From positions 10,302-74,301 of the IMG/VR virus record IMGVR_UViG_3300044632_001398: a DNA stretch of 64,000 nt; one strand, 5' to 3'. Made by a program: the position numbers and the translations under genes. Positions 1-10,519 of the stretch are shown piece by piece. Every line of letters begins with the position of its first letter. The stretch's first letter is position 1. The notes beneath the pieces were generated by a model that was not told where the DNA came from, made no database searches, and worked only from the letters and a program-made list of their open reading frames with translations. The DNA comes from a virus.

Positions 1-890
1 CTAAAATAATATCAGATAATACAATTGATTTTAATTCAAGTGCGACATTTTTTATTAATTTTTATCCTGATGATTTAGAATGTAATCATTTAAGAAAATC
101 AGATGAATTTACGGTTTTTAGTGTTCCAGGTTATGATTTTGCAATTTGTTATAATTCATTTTCAAGATATAACTTCGCAGCATTTGATTACAAACAAAAT
201 GTTCTTTATGTTAACTCTAATATTAAAACAAATTATAGAACTAACATTACAGTTACATTAGATAGATTAGATAATATAATTAAAGTTTACCAAGACGGAG
301 AATTTATTGGAGAAACAGAACCATTTAAGAAACTTCATTTTTATAAGAAGGAACCTAAATTTTATTTGGGAGTCGGTAAACCTGATAGAGAAGGATTACA
401 AAATTATTATAGAGGATCAATTGATACATTTGCATATTTTGACACTATTTTAACTGAAGACGAAGTTAAAGAAATATCAACAAATTCAAATGAAGTTTTG
501 ACAAAAGATTTCGGTGATTATCAATCATCAAGTTCGTTAAAAATATATTATGATGCAAATTACGTAAGAAATTATAAATTGATTGACTTATCAGGTAATC
601 ATAATGATGGTATTATTAAAGATTGTGGTGTTGAAAATGTCATCAACGAAGAATTCAAAGAAATAAAAGTACCATTTAGAAGACAATGTAAATTTGAATT
701 ATTAAAACATGAGGCAAATGGTTTCGTTAATAATCAATGGAAAGATGATGCAACAAGATGGAATCAATTGAGATTTTATAATGAGGTATATAAAAATAAA
801 ATAATGGACGACGGTTTATCTGATTTGAAATTTAAAGAACACGGTAAACACAGAGTAAAAAATATTTTAGAAGTTAATATTGGTCTATGA
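1..890 (+). CDS. 5'-truncated GT7-like glycosyltransferase with LamG-like insertion (paralog of next gene)
   Basis: Frame is open from nt 3, so the 366 start in the track is internal. LamG-like segment (ITVTLDRLDNIIKVYQDGE..FYLG..YYRGSID..Y) then a C-terminal part (KHEANGF..W..N..RF..DGL) matching 887..2311. Confidence 0.7.
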   Translation, partial: KIISDNTIDFNSSATFFINFYPDDLECNHLRKSDEFTVFSVPGYDFAICYNSFSRYNFAAFDYKQNVLYVNSNIKTNYRTNITVTLDRLDNIIKVYQDGEFIGETEPFKKLHFYKKEPKFYLGVGKPDREGLQNYYRGSIDTFAYFDTILTEDEVKEISTNSNEVLTKDFGDYQSSSSLKIYYDANYVRNYKLIDLSGNHNDGIIKDCGVENVINEEFKEIKVPFRRQCKFELLKHEANGFVNNQWKDDATRWNQLRFYNEVYKNKIMDDGLSDLKFKEHGKHRVKNILEVNIGL

Positions 891-2311
891 GTCATAAGTT
901 AGGTATATGTATTCCATATAGGAATAGAAAAGAACATATTGAGAGATTAATTCCTCATTTATCTGAATATCTGACAAAAAATGGTATTGAACATAAATTC
1001 TATGTAGGTCATCAAGTAGATGATAAGTTATTTAATAGAGGAGGTATGAAGAATATTGCCGCTCATTATGCGTTTGAAGATGGGTGTGATTATGTGGCTT
1101 GGCATGATGTGGATATGTTAGCGGAAGATAAAGATAATCTAATATGTGACTATTCCTATCCTGAAAAAACACCAATACATATTGCAACAAAATTATCAAA
1201 ATACAATTACGGTTTAGGATACGACCAATACTTCGGAGGTGTTGTTTTATTTACAAAAGAACAGGCATATCAAACAAATGGATACTCAAATGATTATTGG
1301 GATTGGGGTCAGGAAGACGATGATTTATTTTATAGATGTTTTTTTGAAAATTATACCACAGGTCGTATTTTCAAATCATATAATAATAAAATGGTTGCCG
1401 ATTTTAATGGAGACAATTCGGCAATGTTATTACCTACAACAAAAGAGGTTAGTAATTGTTTGACTAAAAATCACACAATATCAGTTTTATTTAAAGCGGA
1501 ACAACAACCTGAAAAGGTACCAATTTTTTTAGTGGGTGACCAAGAAAAAAAATATGTTGAGTTTCCCATTTTAAGAAAACATAATTCTTGGACTTGGGGA
1601 TTATCATTTAATAATTCACGAACTGTTAATATGACGGTGTTTGATATGTTTAGTAAGTACCATAATAATTGGGCTAAGAAACATGAAAGTGAATGGACAT
1701 GGGTAACAATTTCATATAATCAAAGGACTAAGGAGATGTACTTTTATATAAACGATGAACTTGTTACTAATCAAAATGGAATTAAAGAAAATAAACCATT
1801 TTTAATTGAAGACACATTAAAAAAACATACATTTACTGACCCTTTTATTTTAGGATATTGTTCAAATCAATTGAATTTTTTCAAAGGTAAAATTGCTGAT
1901 GTTAAAATATACAATAAATTTTTTGAAGACATAGAAGAAGTTTTCAATGATGATAATGAACCAATACTAAAGTTGGATTTAACACAAGAATATCAATCAG
2001 ATAACGTTGAAATTACAACTGAAGATATTGAAGTAATAGAAAATATCATACCAATTAGAAAGGAAGGTAATTTCTATTGTATGCATCATGAAGATGAAGG
2101 TTTTATTAATGGTAATTGGAAAAAAGGAGAAACCACAGCTAAAAATGAAAAAAGATTTGTTACTGAAATGCAACAAAGAAAAATAGATTATAAACAAGAT
2201 GGATTAAAACAAATATTGGAAGTATTGGATGTTGATAGTGTTGATGAATCGTTATATCCAAACACAATGTTTATTAATTGTAAAATGAGAAAAGATGTTA
2301 GTAGAATATAA
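887..2311 (+). CDS. Beta-1,4-galactosyltransferase-like (GT7) protein with inserted LamG/ConA-like domain
   Basis: GT7 motifs IPYRNR, LFNRG, HDVD, YFGGV, NGYSNDYWDWGQEDDD; LamG-like insert WTWVTISY..YFYIND..FILG..FKGKIADVKIY. Confidence 0.8.
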   Translation: MSHKLGICIPYRNRKEHIERLIPHLSEYLTKNGIEHKFYVGHQVDDKLFNRGGMKNIAAHYAFEDGCDYVAWHDVDMLAEDKDNLICDYSYPEKTPIHIATKLSKYNYGLGYDQYFGGVVLFTKEQAYQTNGYSNDYWDWGQEDDDLFYRCFFENYTTGRIFKSYNNKMVADFNGDNSAMLLPTTKEVSNCLTKNHTISVLFKAEQQPEKVPIFLVGDQEKKYVEFPILRKHNSWTWGLSFNNSRTVNMTVFDMFSKYHNNWAKKHESEWTWVTISYNQRTKEMYFYINDELVTNQNGIKENKPFLIEDTLKKHTFTDPFILGYCSNQLNFFKGKIADVKIYNKFFEDIEEVFNDDNEPILKLDLTQEYQSDNVEITTEDIEVIENIIPIRKEGNFYCMHHEDEGFINGNWKKGETTAKNEKRFVTEMQQRKIDYKQDGLKQILEVLDVDSVDESLYPNTMFINCKMRKDVSRI

Positions 2312-5090
2312 AAAACCGTGGTTGTTGGAATTACTTAGAGACGATAAACCTGAGTATAAAAATCCAATGGTTTCGGAAAGTACAACAATTACTATTGAGT
2401 TTAAAGTTGAGAAACTACATGAAGATAGTGATAAGATTGGTTTTATAGGTATGCCAGGTAAAAACTTTGGTATTAGTTATGATTATGAGGTTGATACCTT
2501 CGTATTTGAATATTGGACCAAAGGTAAAGATGGTAAAGATAAGTTTCATTGTTATAAAGACTTTCATATCAATCAAAATGATATTGAAAACGGAATGATA
2601 ATAACTATTCAATATGACAAAGAGAAAATGAATTTTACTTTGTTCCACAATTTTATCCCATTCTTTGAAGTAGATTTAGAATACCCATTAATAGACGATT
2701 ACACAAATCAAGCATTATTCTTTGGTGCACATAATCCAGATACTGAACAAGTAAGACATAGATGTTTTACTGAGATGGAAATGATGCATTTTAGTATTTT
2801 TAATGGTGTTGAGGATATAGATGTTGTTGAAAAATTTTATAGTAATAAGAAAAATAGAACAGATAGTTTAATTTGTTATTTTGATTTCAAGGAAAAGTAT
2901 TTGGTGTATAATAAGAACTATTCTTACAACTTAATACAACATCAAAAAATTAAGTTGGTTAAAATTATTATGGACGATTTAAACATTAGTTTATCCGATA
3001 GGATTAGATTACAGAAAAATAAATTACCAGGTTTAAAAATAGATTATAAGCAACCATATTTTTTGAGTACAGAAAATGATACTAATATTTTAATGAATAG
3101 GAGTTTTACTCTGAATAGTACATTTAAGGTTGAGAGAGAATTTCAACAAGATCAAAAAATTGGGTTTATAGGTATACCAGGTAAAAACTTTGGTATTAGT
3201 TACGATTATGAAGTAGATAAATTTGTTTTTGAATTTTGGACACAAAAGTCCGAAGAAGAATTTGAATTCCACTGTCATAAGGATTACAAATTAAATGTGA
3301 ATGATTTACATAATGGAATAACAATTTCAATTGTCTATGAAAAGAACTCACATTTTGAACTTTACCACAACTACAATTTAATTGATAGGATAGAGGTAAA
3401 AGATGACTTACTAATTGATTACGCATTTCAACCATTATATTTCGGATGTCACCATCCAAGTTCACTATTAGAAACTCACAGATGTTTTACCGAAATTGAA
3501 TTTAATCACTTTGCAGTTTATGACGGTGTTATGGATATTGTTGAGTTAGAGAAACAACCAAAAAGTGATAACTGTTTAACTTATTTTAATTTTAAGAAAA
3601 ATGATAAAAATGATAATATAAAAGATAGTTTAAATAAATTAACATCATTGAAAATTGTTGATTTAAATGACTATAAGAAAATGACTGACTATAGTATCAC
3701 TAAAGATAAATTAGATTCCGTTGGTTGTGGTTTTTGTTTAGCTAAATGGACACAAGTGACGATGCATTTACATAACGGAACAACACACTCATGTCATCAC
3801 CCTGAACCACATAAAGTTGGTTTAGATGAGATTAAAAGAAATCCAACGGCATTACATAATAGTAAACATAAGAAACAAGCAAGACGTGAAATGTTGGAAA
3901 ATAAAAGACCAACAGAATGTAACTATTGTTGGAAAGTTGAAGATAATTCTGATTCTTTTTCTGATAGAGTTTTTAAATCTTCAGAACCATGGTCAGAACC
4001 TCACTTTGATGAAATTAAAGAATCAAATTGGAGAGACGATTTTAATCCAAAATATGTTGAGGTGAATTTCTCTAATACATGTAATTTTAAATGTGCATAT
4101 TGTGGCCCTGAGTACTCCACAAAATGGATGGAAGAAGTCAAAGAGTTTGGTGCTTATCAATTATCATATGAATTTAATGGAATGAAAAGAATGGAAGATA
4201 GAGATACCGTTCCATATAAACAAACTGAAGAAAATCCATATGTTGAGGCGTTTTGGGAATGGTTTCCTGAACTATACGATAGTTTAGATACGTTCAGAAT
4301 AACGGGAGGAGAACCATTATTGTCAAAAGATACTTGGAAAGTTTTAGACCACATTATTGATAACGAAACACCAAATAGAAACCTTAAATTATCAATTAAT
4401 ACCAACTTAGGTGTTCCTGATGAATTAATTGATAAACTAATTGTTAAGTTAGATAAAATTATAAGTGAAGAGAGAGTTAAAGAGGTGGTTTTATTTACAT
4501 CTTGTGATGCGTACGGTAAACAAGCTGAGTATGTTAGATATGGTTTAGAATTTGATAGATTATTTAATAACATTGATAAGATACTTTTAACCTTACCTAA
4601 AGTAAGTATCGTTATTATGTCAACCTTCAATATCTTTAGTATATTTTCATATGAACAACTTGTTAAGAAAGTATATGAATTTAAGAAGAAACATTTCAAT
4701 CCTGATAGATATTGGAACTCAGCATTAATTTTAGACACGTCATACTTACGATATCCAGATTTCTTAGGATATAGATTATTGAAAGGTTATATCGGAGAAG
4801 AATATTTCACAAGAATTGAAAAGTTTATGAAATTCAATTCAACCTATAGAAGTTTGAATTCATATCAGGCTGAGTTACCTGAAGATGTTGGTTTTTCAAT
4901 GAAAGAAATTGAAAAAATTATAAGAATTAAGGACATATTTGTGACGGATGATATTAATTATGACAGACAAAAAGTTGATTTTGTTAACTTCATAAAACAA
5001 TATGAATTTAGACGAGGTATGAGATGTGAAGATTATCACCCCGAGTTAATTTCATTCATTAAAAAAATTAAACATGATAATAAATTATAA
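2295..5090 (+). CDS. Two tandem LamG-like domains fused to an N-terminal-twitch radical SAM enzyme
   Basis: Internal repeat (KIGFIG[MI]PGKNFGISYDYEVD.FVFE.WT twice); CLAKW..SCHH..CNYCW twitch cysteines; CNFKCAYC; ITGGEP. Confidence 0.85.
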   Translation: MLVEYKKPWLLELLRDDKPEYKNPMVSESTTITIEFKVEKLHEDSDKIGFIGMPGKNFGISYDYEVDTFVFEYWTKGKDGKDKFHCYKDFHINQNDIENGMIITIQYDKEKMNFTLFHNFIPFFEVDLEYPLIDDYTNQALFFGAHNPDTEQVRHRCFTEMEMMHFSIFNGVEDIDVVEKFYSNKKNRTDSLICYFDFKEKYLVYNKNYSYNLIQHQKIKLVKIIMDDLNISLSDRIRLQKNKLPGLKIDYKQPYFLSTENDTNILMNRSFTLNSTFKVEREFQQDQKIGFIGIPGKNFGISYDYEVDKFVFEFWTQKSEEEFEFHCHKDYKLNVNDLHNGITISIVYEKNSHFELYHNYNLIDRIEVKDDLLIDYAFQPLYFGCHHPSSLLETHRCFTEIEFNHFAVYDGVMDIVELEKQPKSDNCLTYFNFKKNDKNDNIKDSLNKLTSLKIVDLNDYKKMTDYSITKDKLDSVGCGFCLAKWTQVTMHLHNGTTHSCHHPEPHKVGLDEIKRNPTALHNSKHKKQARREMLENKRPTECNYCWKVEDNSDSFSDRVFKSSEPWSEPHFDEIKESNWRDDFNPKYVEVNFSNTCNFKCAYCGPEYSTKWMEEVKEFGAYQLSYEFNGMKRMEDRDTVPYKQTEENPYVEAFWEWFPELYDSLDTFRITGGEPLLSKDTWKVLDHIIDNETPNRNLKLSINTNLGVPDELIDKLIVKLDKIISEERVKEVVLFTSCDAYGKQAEYVRYGLEFDRLFNNIDKILLTLPKVSIVIMSTFNIFSIFSYEQLVKKVYEFKKKHFNPDRYWNSALILDTSYLRYPDFLGYRLLKGYIGEEYFTRIEKFMKFNSTYRSLNSYQAELPEDVGFSMKEIEKIIRIKDIFVTDDINYDRQKVDFVNFIKQYEFRRGMRCEDYHPELISFIKKIKHDNKL

Positions 5091-5814
5091 AGAACCTTAT
5101 TGGATGAAGTTTAGATGGGATATGTCATCTCATCACGAACATCAATATGTTACTGAGTTTAATAAATTCAATAATGATACATTGAATGAATTCTTATTTG
5201 AGAAGAATTTTATCATAACCTGTGAATTTAAAATTGAAAAGAATTTTAAAAGAGATGAAATATGTATGTTATACGGTAAACCAGGTAAAAACATGGGACT
5301 ATCATATAATTCAACTACTATGACAACTGCGTTTGAATTTTGGACCTCCACAGGTGAACCTGAAGATACATTTAATATGTGTACCTTTCAAACTGTAACA
5401 GAACAAGATATTGAAGAAGGTGTTATTTTATCGGTTGTTAGAAAGGATAATGAAATAATTCTTTATCAAAATTTTAAAAAAGTAAATAACCTTGTATTTG
5501 ACGGTGAATTTATTGAAGATTATAAAGTACCTGGTCTTTTTATAGGATGTTCAAGTCCTGAATGTGAATTTGAAAAACAAAGATATTATTGTGAAGTGGA
5601 TATGAAACATTTATCAATAATCATTAACACATCAAACATAAACGACATAAGGGAACTTTATAATGTTGATATGAATAAAATATTAACTAAAACAAGTTAT
5701 AATGATATTTTATGTTTATATGACTTTGAAAGCGTTAATAATCTTGGGATTATTTATGATGAATCAAAAAACACTAATTTTTTAGAGAAAGTACCTAAAG
5801 AATTCGTAAAGTGA
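5074..5814 (+). CDS. Stand-alone LamG-like domain protein, paralog of the repeats in 2295..5090
   Basis: YKEPY..FKIEK..GKPGKNMGLSY..FEFWT..LFIGC..YDF motifs match those repeats. Confidence 0.7.
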   Translation: MIINYKEPYWMKFRWDMSSHHEHQYVTEFNKFNNDTLNEFLFEKNFIITCEFKIEKNFKRDEICMLYGKPGKNMGLSYNSTTMTTAFEFWTSTGEPEDTFNMCTFQTVTEQDIEEGVILSVVRKDNEIILYQNFKKVNNLVFDGEFIEDYKVPGLFIGCSSPECEFEKQRYYCEVDMKHLSIIINTSNINDIRELYNVDMNKILTKTSYNDILCLYDFESVNNLGIIYDESKNTNFLEKVPKEFVK

Positions 5815-5848
5815 TAAAAATTAATTATATTATATTAAATAACAAAAT

Positions 5849-7300
5849 ATGTCAGAAGAACTAAGTAATTGGAGAGATAAAAATTTAAATTCGGTAAGTT
5901 GTAGTTTTTGTGCGGCTAAGTGGTTGAACGTAAGTTTACATTTAGGTCATGGTTTCACAAACTCATGTCACTTACCATTACCACATCCTATTGATGTTGA
6001 AGAGATTAAAACAAATCCCGCCGCATTACACAATACACAATTTAAGAAAGAAATAAGAAAAATGATGTTGGAAGGTGTTAAACCTGCCGAATGTAACTAT
6101 TGTTGGAAAATGGAGGACATCGGTAGAAATAATATATCTGACCGTGTATTCAAAAGTATTATTTATTCAGAAGAAGAAATTGCAAAATTAAAAGACTTAC
6201 CATGGGATGCTGATATCACACCAAGAACAATTGAGGTAAGTTTTGATAGAACATGTAATTTTGCTTGTTCATACTGTAATTCAGGTTATTCAACAACGTG
6301 GGGTAAGGATATTAAAAACAACGGAGCGTATCAAAACTTTAAAACACAAAGTGCCGGAGCATATTACGCTGACGGGTCTTGGTCTGAAGTTTATGGTAAG
6401 TACAATGAGAATAATCCATATGTTGATGCATTCTTAAAATGGTGGCCTGAATTGTCAAAAACTTTGATGGAAATACGTGTTACTGGTGGAGAACCATCAC
6501 AAAGTATGAACTTTTGGCAATTTATGGATGTTGTAAAACAAAATCCATCACCTAATTTACGTCTTGCGGTCAATTCTAACCTAGGTCTTAATGAAACGAC
6601 TGTGAATAGGTTAATTAATATATCTCACGAATTAGATATCAAAGAATTTGATTTGTACACATCTAACGAATCTTATGGTGAACATGCTGAATATATTAGA
6701 GATGGTTTAAAATATGATTTATGGAGAGCTAATTTAGTTAGAGTTATTGAAGAGGCTAAAATTAGACAAGTTGTTATTATGATGACAATTAATAGTTTAT
6801 GTTTATTCAGTATTACGGAGTTTTTAGATGATATGTTAAAGTTAAAGAAACAATATGGTGCAAATAAACCTGTTGTTGATTTTAACATATTAAGATGGCC
6901 AGCATTTATGTCTCCATTAACATTACCTGATGATATCAAAAGAGAATTACACGGTAAGTTATCAATATGGTACAGAAGACATAAAAATAATCCATTATTA
7001 AATCAAAACGAGAAGGCACAAATTCAAAGGTTAATTGATTATATTGAAGTGGTTAATAGAGGTCACGTTACAACTGAAACCGATATTGATTTACAATTCC
7101 ACGACTTTAAGAGTTTTTATGTTCAGTACGATATTCGTAGAAATAAGTCGTTTGTTGACACTTTCCCTGAATTAGCGGATTGGTTTAACTCAATAGAAAT
7201 TGACCCGAATATACCCCACGTAAATGTCACTGATGGTAGAATTACACACTTTGAACCGGGTGTTTATGTTTCAGATAATTATAATAAAATAGAAGAATAA
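5849..7300 (+). CDS. N-terminal-twitch radical SAM enzyme (paralog of the rSAM domain of 2295..5090)
   Basis: CAAKW..SCH..CNYCW; CNFACSYC; VTGGEP. Confidence 0.9.
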   Translation: MSEELSNWRDKNLNSVSCSFCAAKWLNVSLHLGHGFTNSCHLPLPHPIDVEEIKTNPAALHNTQFKKEIRKMMLEGVKPAECNYCWKMEDIGRNNISDRVFKSIIYSEEEIAKLKDLPWDADITPRTIEVSFDRTCNFACSYCNSGYSTTWGKDIKNNGAYQNFKTQSAGAYYADGSWSEVYGKYNENNPYVDAFLKWWPELSKTLMEIRVTGGEPSQSMNFWQFMDVVKQNPSPNLRLAVNSNLGLNETTVNRLINISHELDIKEFDLYTSNESYGEHAEYIRDGLKYDLWRANLVRVIEEAKIRQVVIMMTINSLCLFSITEFLDDMLKLKKQYGANKPVVDFNILRWPAFMSPLTLPDDIKRELHGKLSIWYRRHKNNPLLNQNEKAQIQRLIDYIEVVNRGHVTTETDIDLQFHDFKSFYVQYDIRRNKSFVDTFPELADWFNSIEIDPNIPHVNVTDGRITHFEPGVYVSDNYNKIEE

Positions 7301-8586
7301 TGAATTTTCTTTTTGAGGATACAAATAGACTTTCTAATTTCACATCAAACAAAGATATAAACAAATCAGGTATACCAAGATTTGCAATATCACCTCTTTT
7401 TACATCAACACAAATATATGTTAATGCTAATGGTAAAAGTAAAGAATTTGGTATTTTTCCAGCAAGCGATGAATTAGATTCTTATGTAATAGCATCTTGT
7501 GTAAATCATAGTCCAGATGATTGGACTGGTTATGACCCAAAAGTTAAAAGTTTATTTAGTTATTTGAATGAAAAATATTTAAAAGATTTAAGAGAGAATA
7601 GAGCATTTTTAATGTTAGATCAAAGTCTCGAAGGATATCAAACACCTTGGTTATGGGATTGGTTTCATAGTGAATGTAAACAATGGGAAATTTCACCTAA
7701 AAGAATTATTTATGTTACCGGTAACATGATTGCCGATGATGTATATAAAAATTGGTGTAATGAAAATAGAATAGAAGAAAGAATGAAGGTTATACCATAC
7801 CCACATTTTGAATTAGATATGGGTATGACAACTTGGGGTAGGAATAAAGAAAATAGTGAGAATAAATTACCAAGTTTTTCTCAGAGTATTAATTACAAAA
7901 TTCAAAATCCACATCAGTTAAAAACATACGCATGTTTAAATAAACGAATCAGACCACATAGAGTTTGGTTTTATTATTATTTATATAATTCAGGTTTATT
8001 GAATGAAGGATTGGTTAGTATGAATGAGTTTGATAAACATTGGTATCATTGGGAAGGTAAATTTTTAGAAGATGGATTATTAGATGAATGCTCAAGTATA
8101 TTACCATTGTTAGTTTATGAAACTCCTAATAATGTTTTAGACGATAATATATACATCAATAGATTTCCTGAACAGGTTGTAAAGGACACATTTTTCACTG
8201 TTGTTAGTGAAGCTCATTGTGGTGATTCTGATAATACAATGTTTTTAAGTGAAAAAACTTTTAAGGTAATTGGTTGCCGTCACCCATTTTTAATTATGGG
8301 AAACAAAGATAGTATGTCAATGATGAGAAAAATTGGATACAAAACTTTTGATGGATTCATAGATGAAGGATTTGATATATTACCAACACATGAAAGATTA
8401 AATTCAATTATTGAATCAATTAGGAAAACAACAATGATTAAAGATAAGATTGAATGGTATAAATCTATGGAGGATGTTATTGAATATAACTATAGTACAT
8501 TGATTGATAAGTTATTTAGATATCCGGATGCGTTTATTGAAATGAGAGATTATTGTCAAATGACCACCAAACAGAAATTACTATAA
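7300..8586 (+). CDS. Putative GT-B/GT10-like glycosyltransferase, SEK..K..HPF family member 1
   Basis: CLNKRIRPHR, VVSE..FLSEKTFK..HPF..GYKTF..IDE motif shared with four other ORFs here. Confidence 0.5.
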   Translation: MNFLFEDTNRLSNFTSNKDINKSGIPRFAISPLFTSTQIYVNANGKSKEFGIFPASDELDSYVIASCVNHSPDDWTGYDPKVKSLFSYLNEKYLKDLRENRAFLMLDQSLEGYQTPWLWDWFHSECKQWEISPKRIIYVTGNMIADDVYKNWCNENRIEERMKVIPYPHFELDMGMTTWGRNKENSENKLPSFSQSINYKIQNPHQLKTYACLNKRIRPHRVWFYYYLYNSGLLNEGLVSMNEFDKHWYHWEGKFLEDGLLDECSSILPLLVYETPNNVLDDNIYINRFPEQVVKDTFFTVVSEAHCGDSDNTMFLSEKTFKVIGCRHPFLIMGNKDSMSMMRKIGYKTFDGFIDEGFDILPTHERLNSIIESIRKTTMIKDKIEWYKSMEDVIEYNYSTLIDKLFRYPDAFIEMRDYCQMTTKQKLL

Positions 8587-9509
8587 TGTTCAAACATCAG
8601 AAAAGTAAAATTAATATTACTGAGGATAGTAAAATAGTGATTAGTTTAGGGGATAGTTTTACACAAGGTGAAGGTGCATGTTCAATTGATTTATGGGAAA
8701 AATATAATTGGGATTTAAAAAAAATGTCAGATAGAGAATCTAGATATGATATTGATATCTCTAATTTAGAAAATTCATGGGTTCATAAATTATGTAGTAA
8801 TCATTTGACAGATTTTATTCCGATTAATATGGGAATGACCGGTAGAGGAAATAGGGCTGCAATAAAAGAACTTTATTTACATCCTGATTTAGGTATTGAA
8901 AAGGCGAAAGAAAAGATAGTAATTTTAATGTTAACAGGTTACGAAAGAGTTGATTTTGTGTATAAAAAGTTTTTAGAACATATGCACTTTTATACATTAT
9001 GGGGTATTAGTAATTCACAACACGAACATGCGGAGTTATGGAGTTTATATAATGAACACGTTTATTCCGATAGGTCTGCAATAATTGAGTTATTAACATC
9101 AATCGCCGAATTAAAAAACTGGTGTAAAGTTAATGATGCTAAATTAATTATAACAAGTGCATTTAGACCTGAATATGGTAGAGATTATTTCTTTAATAAA
9201 ATTAGAGGTAATCATTTAGATTATATGGATGAAAGTGAAGAATATATAAATGGATTAGTAGATATTATAGATTGGGATAATTTTTTTAAACCGAAAGGTT
9301 TTAAATGTATAACCGATTATCTATTACATTTAGAAGGAAGAGAAGATTTATTTTTAGAAGAATCTGCAGCAAAGTATTATGAATTTGGATATTCACTTGA
9401 AAAATTAAGTCCTAAAGGTTATATTACAAAATGTTCACATCCAAGTTACTTGGGTCATGAGGCAATAGCAAATGTTTTATACGAACACATTAATAAAATT
9501 AAAAATTAA
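8586..9509 (+). CDS. SGNH/GDSL-like protein (putative O-acyltransferase or esterase)
   Basis: LGDSFTQG, NMG..GRGN, SHPS..GH. Start moved to ATG 8586 (TAATG overlap). Confidence 0.65.
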   Translation: MFKHQKSKINITEDSKIVISLGDSFTQGEGACSIDLWEKYNWDLKKMSDRESRYDIDISNLENSWVHKLCSNHLTDFIPINMGMTGRGNRAAIKELYLHPDLGIEKAKEKIVILMLTGYERVDFVYKKFLEHMHFYTLWGISNSQHEHAELWSLYNEHVYSDRSAIIELLTSIAELKNWCKVNDAKLIITSAFRPEYGRDYFFNKIRGNHLDYMDESEEYINGLVDIIDWDNFFKPKGFKCITDYLLHLEGREDLFLEESAAKYYEFGYSLEKLSPKGYITKCSHPSYLGHEAIANVLYEHINKIKN

Positions 9510-9513
9510 TATA

Positions 9514-9942
9514 ATGAGAGAAAGAAAATTTTTACCAACACTATCTGAATTACTTGATAGATTATCAATTGTACAATTAAAAGAAGTTTTTATAACTGAA
9601 CATAAAGAAGAATATGCAAAAGAAATTGCGGATATTACATATGATATACAATCAATATTAGAGGAAGAAAATGTTACAATAACTGGTGAAATGTTAAGAG
9701 CGGTTATCGTATGTGCACAGATGAATTTACATATTTGGCATAACGAGTCTAATGTAAGAAGTGGAAAAGAAGGTCCAAGTATGTTAGCATTAACACATGG
9801 ATTAAATGGTATTAGAAATACAGCTAAGAATAAAATACAAGAAGTTGTAGGTGGTAGAAAAGACTATAAAATTGATTGCATTGCTGCAGATTTTAAAGAT
9901 TGGGAAGTTAGTTGGCCAAAGAAAGACCAACAAGAAGGATAA
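9514..9942 (+). CDS. Hypothetical helical protein (DUF6165-like N-terminus)
   Basis: SELLDRLSIVQLK..LHIWHNE..R..N..RN..K pattern. Start moved to ATG 9514. Confidence 0.5.
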   Translation: MRERKFLPTLSELLDRLSIVQLKEVFITEHKEEYAKEIADITYDIQSILEEENVTITGEMLRAVIVCAQMNLHIWHNESNVRSGKEGPSMLALTHGLNGIRNTAKNKIQEVVGGRKDYKIDCIAADFKDWEVSWPKKDQQEG

Positions 9943-9943
9943 T

Positions 9944-9971
9944 AAAAAAGGGACAATTATGTCCCTTTTTT
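9944..9971. terminator. Bidirectional intrinsic terminator
   Basis: AAAAAAGGGACA-ATTA-TGTCCCTTTTTT between convergent genes. Confidence 0.9.
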
Positions 9972-10519
9972 TATGATTCGTAATATAACTCAGGATATTC
10001 AACTATAACATGAATACCACCTAAAGAATATGCTGACTTATATATTGTTTCAATTTCATTGTAATTTTTTAAATCCCAAAATTTAGTATTAGGACACATG
10101 GATTTGAATTCATCAAAATAGTTTCCTCTATGTTGATGACCAGGGTCTAACGGTTTATCTGAACCTTTACCTAAACGAATAATCATATTAGGTGTCCATT
10201 CACCCTTACTCATTAAACCAATTTTGTCCACGTGGTTAACTAACTGATTTGTTGCACATATTACAAAATCCCAACGAGGGTAGAATGTAATAACAAATTT
10301 ACCGGCCATTGCCATACCTAATGACATACCCATTTGAGATTCTTCCATAACGGGAAGTTCAATTAATTTATCTTTAGGAACGTCTCCAATGGTTGTACTC
10401 ATAGGATTACCGTGCCAAAGGACTTGTTGACCTATAAAAACGGTGTTTTCTTGTTGCCCAAGGTAAGTCATTGAATTAGTCAATGCGTCCTTATATGGGG
10501 TGTATTGTGGTGAACTCAT
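9971..10519 (-). CDS. TPP enzyme beta subunit, pyrimidine-binding domain only (E1-beta/transketolase-like)
   Basis: IGQQV, ELPVMEESQMGMSLGMAMAG, NQLVNH, PGHQH; lacks the C-terminal domain. Confidence 0.8.
   Translation of the reverse strand: MSSPQYTPYKDALTNSMTYLGQQENTVFIGQQVLWHGNPMSTTIGDVPKDKLIELPVMEESQMGMSLGMAMAGKFVITFYPRWDFVICATNQLVNHVDKIGLMSKGEWTPNMIIRLGKGSDKPLDPGHQHRGNYFDEFKSMCPNTKFWDLKNYNEIETIYKSAYSLGGIHVIVEYPELYYES

Noticed and set aside
4157-4738. 193-aa antisense ORF (likewise 58424..58900 and the other short nested ORFs)
   Set aside because: Lie within well-supported genes, on the opposite strand or in another frame, and show no motifs.
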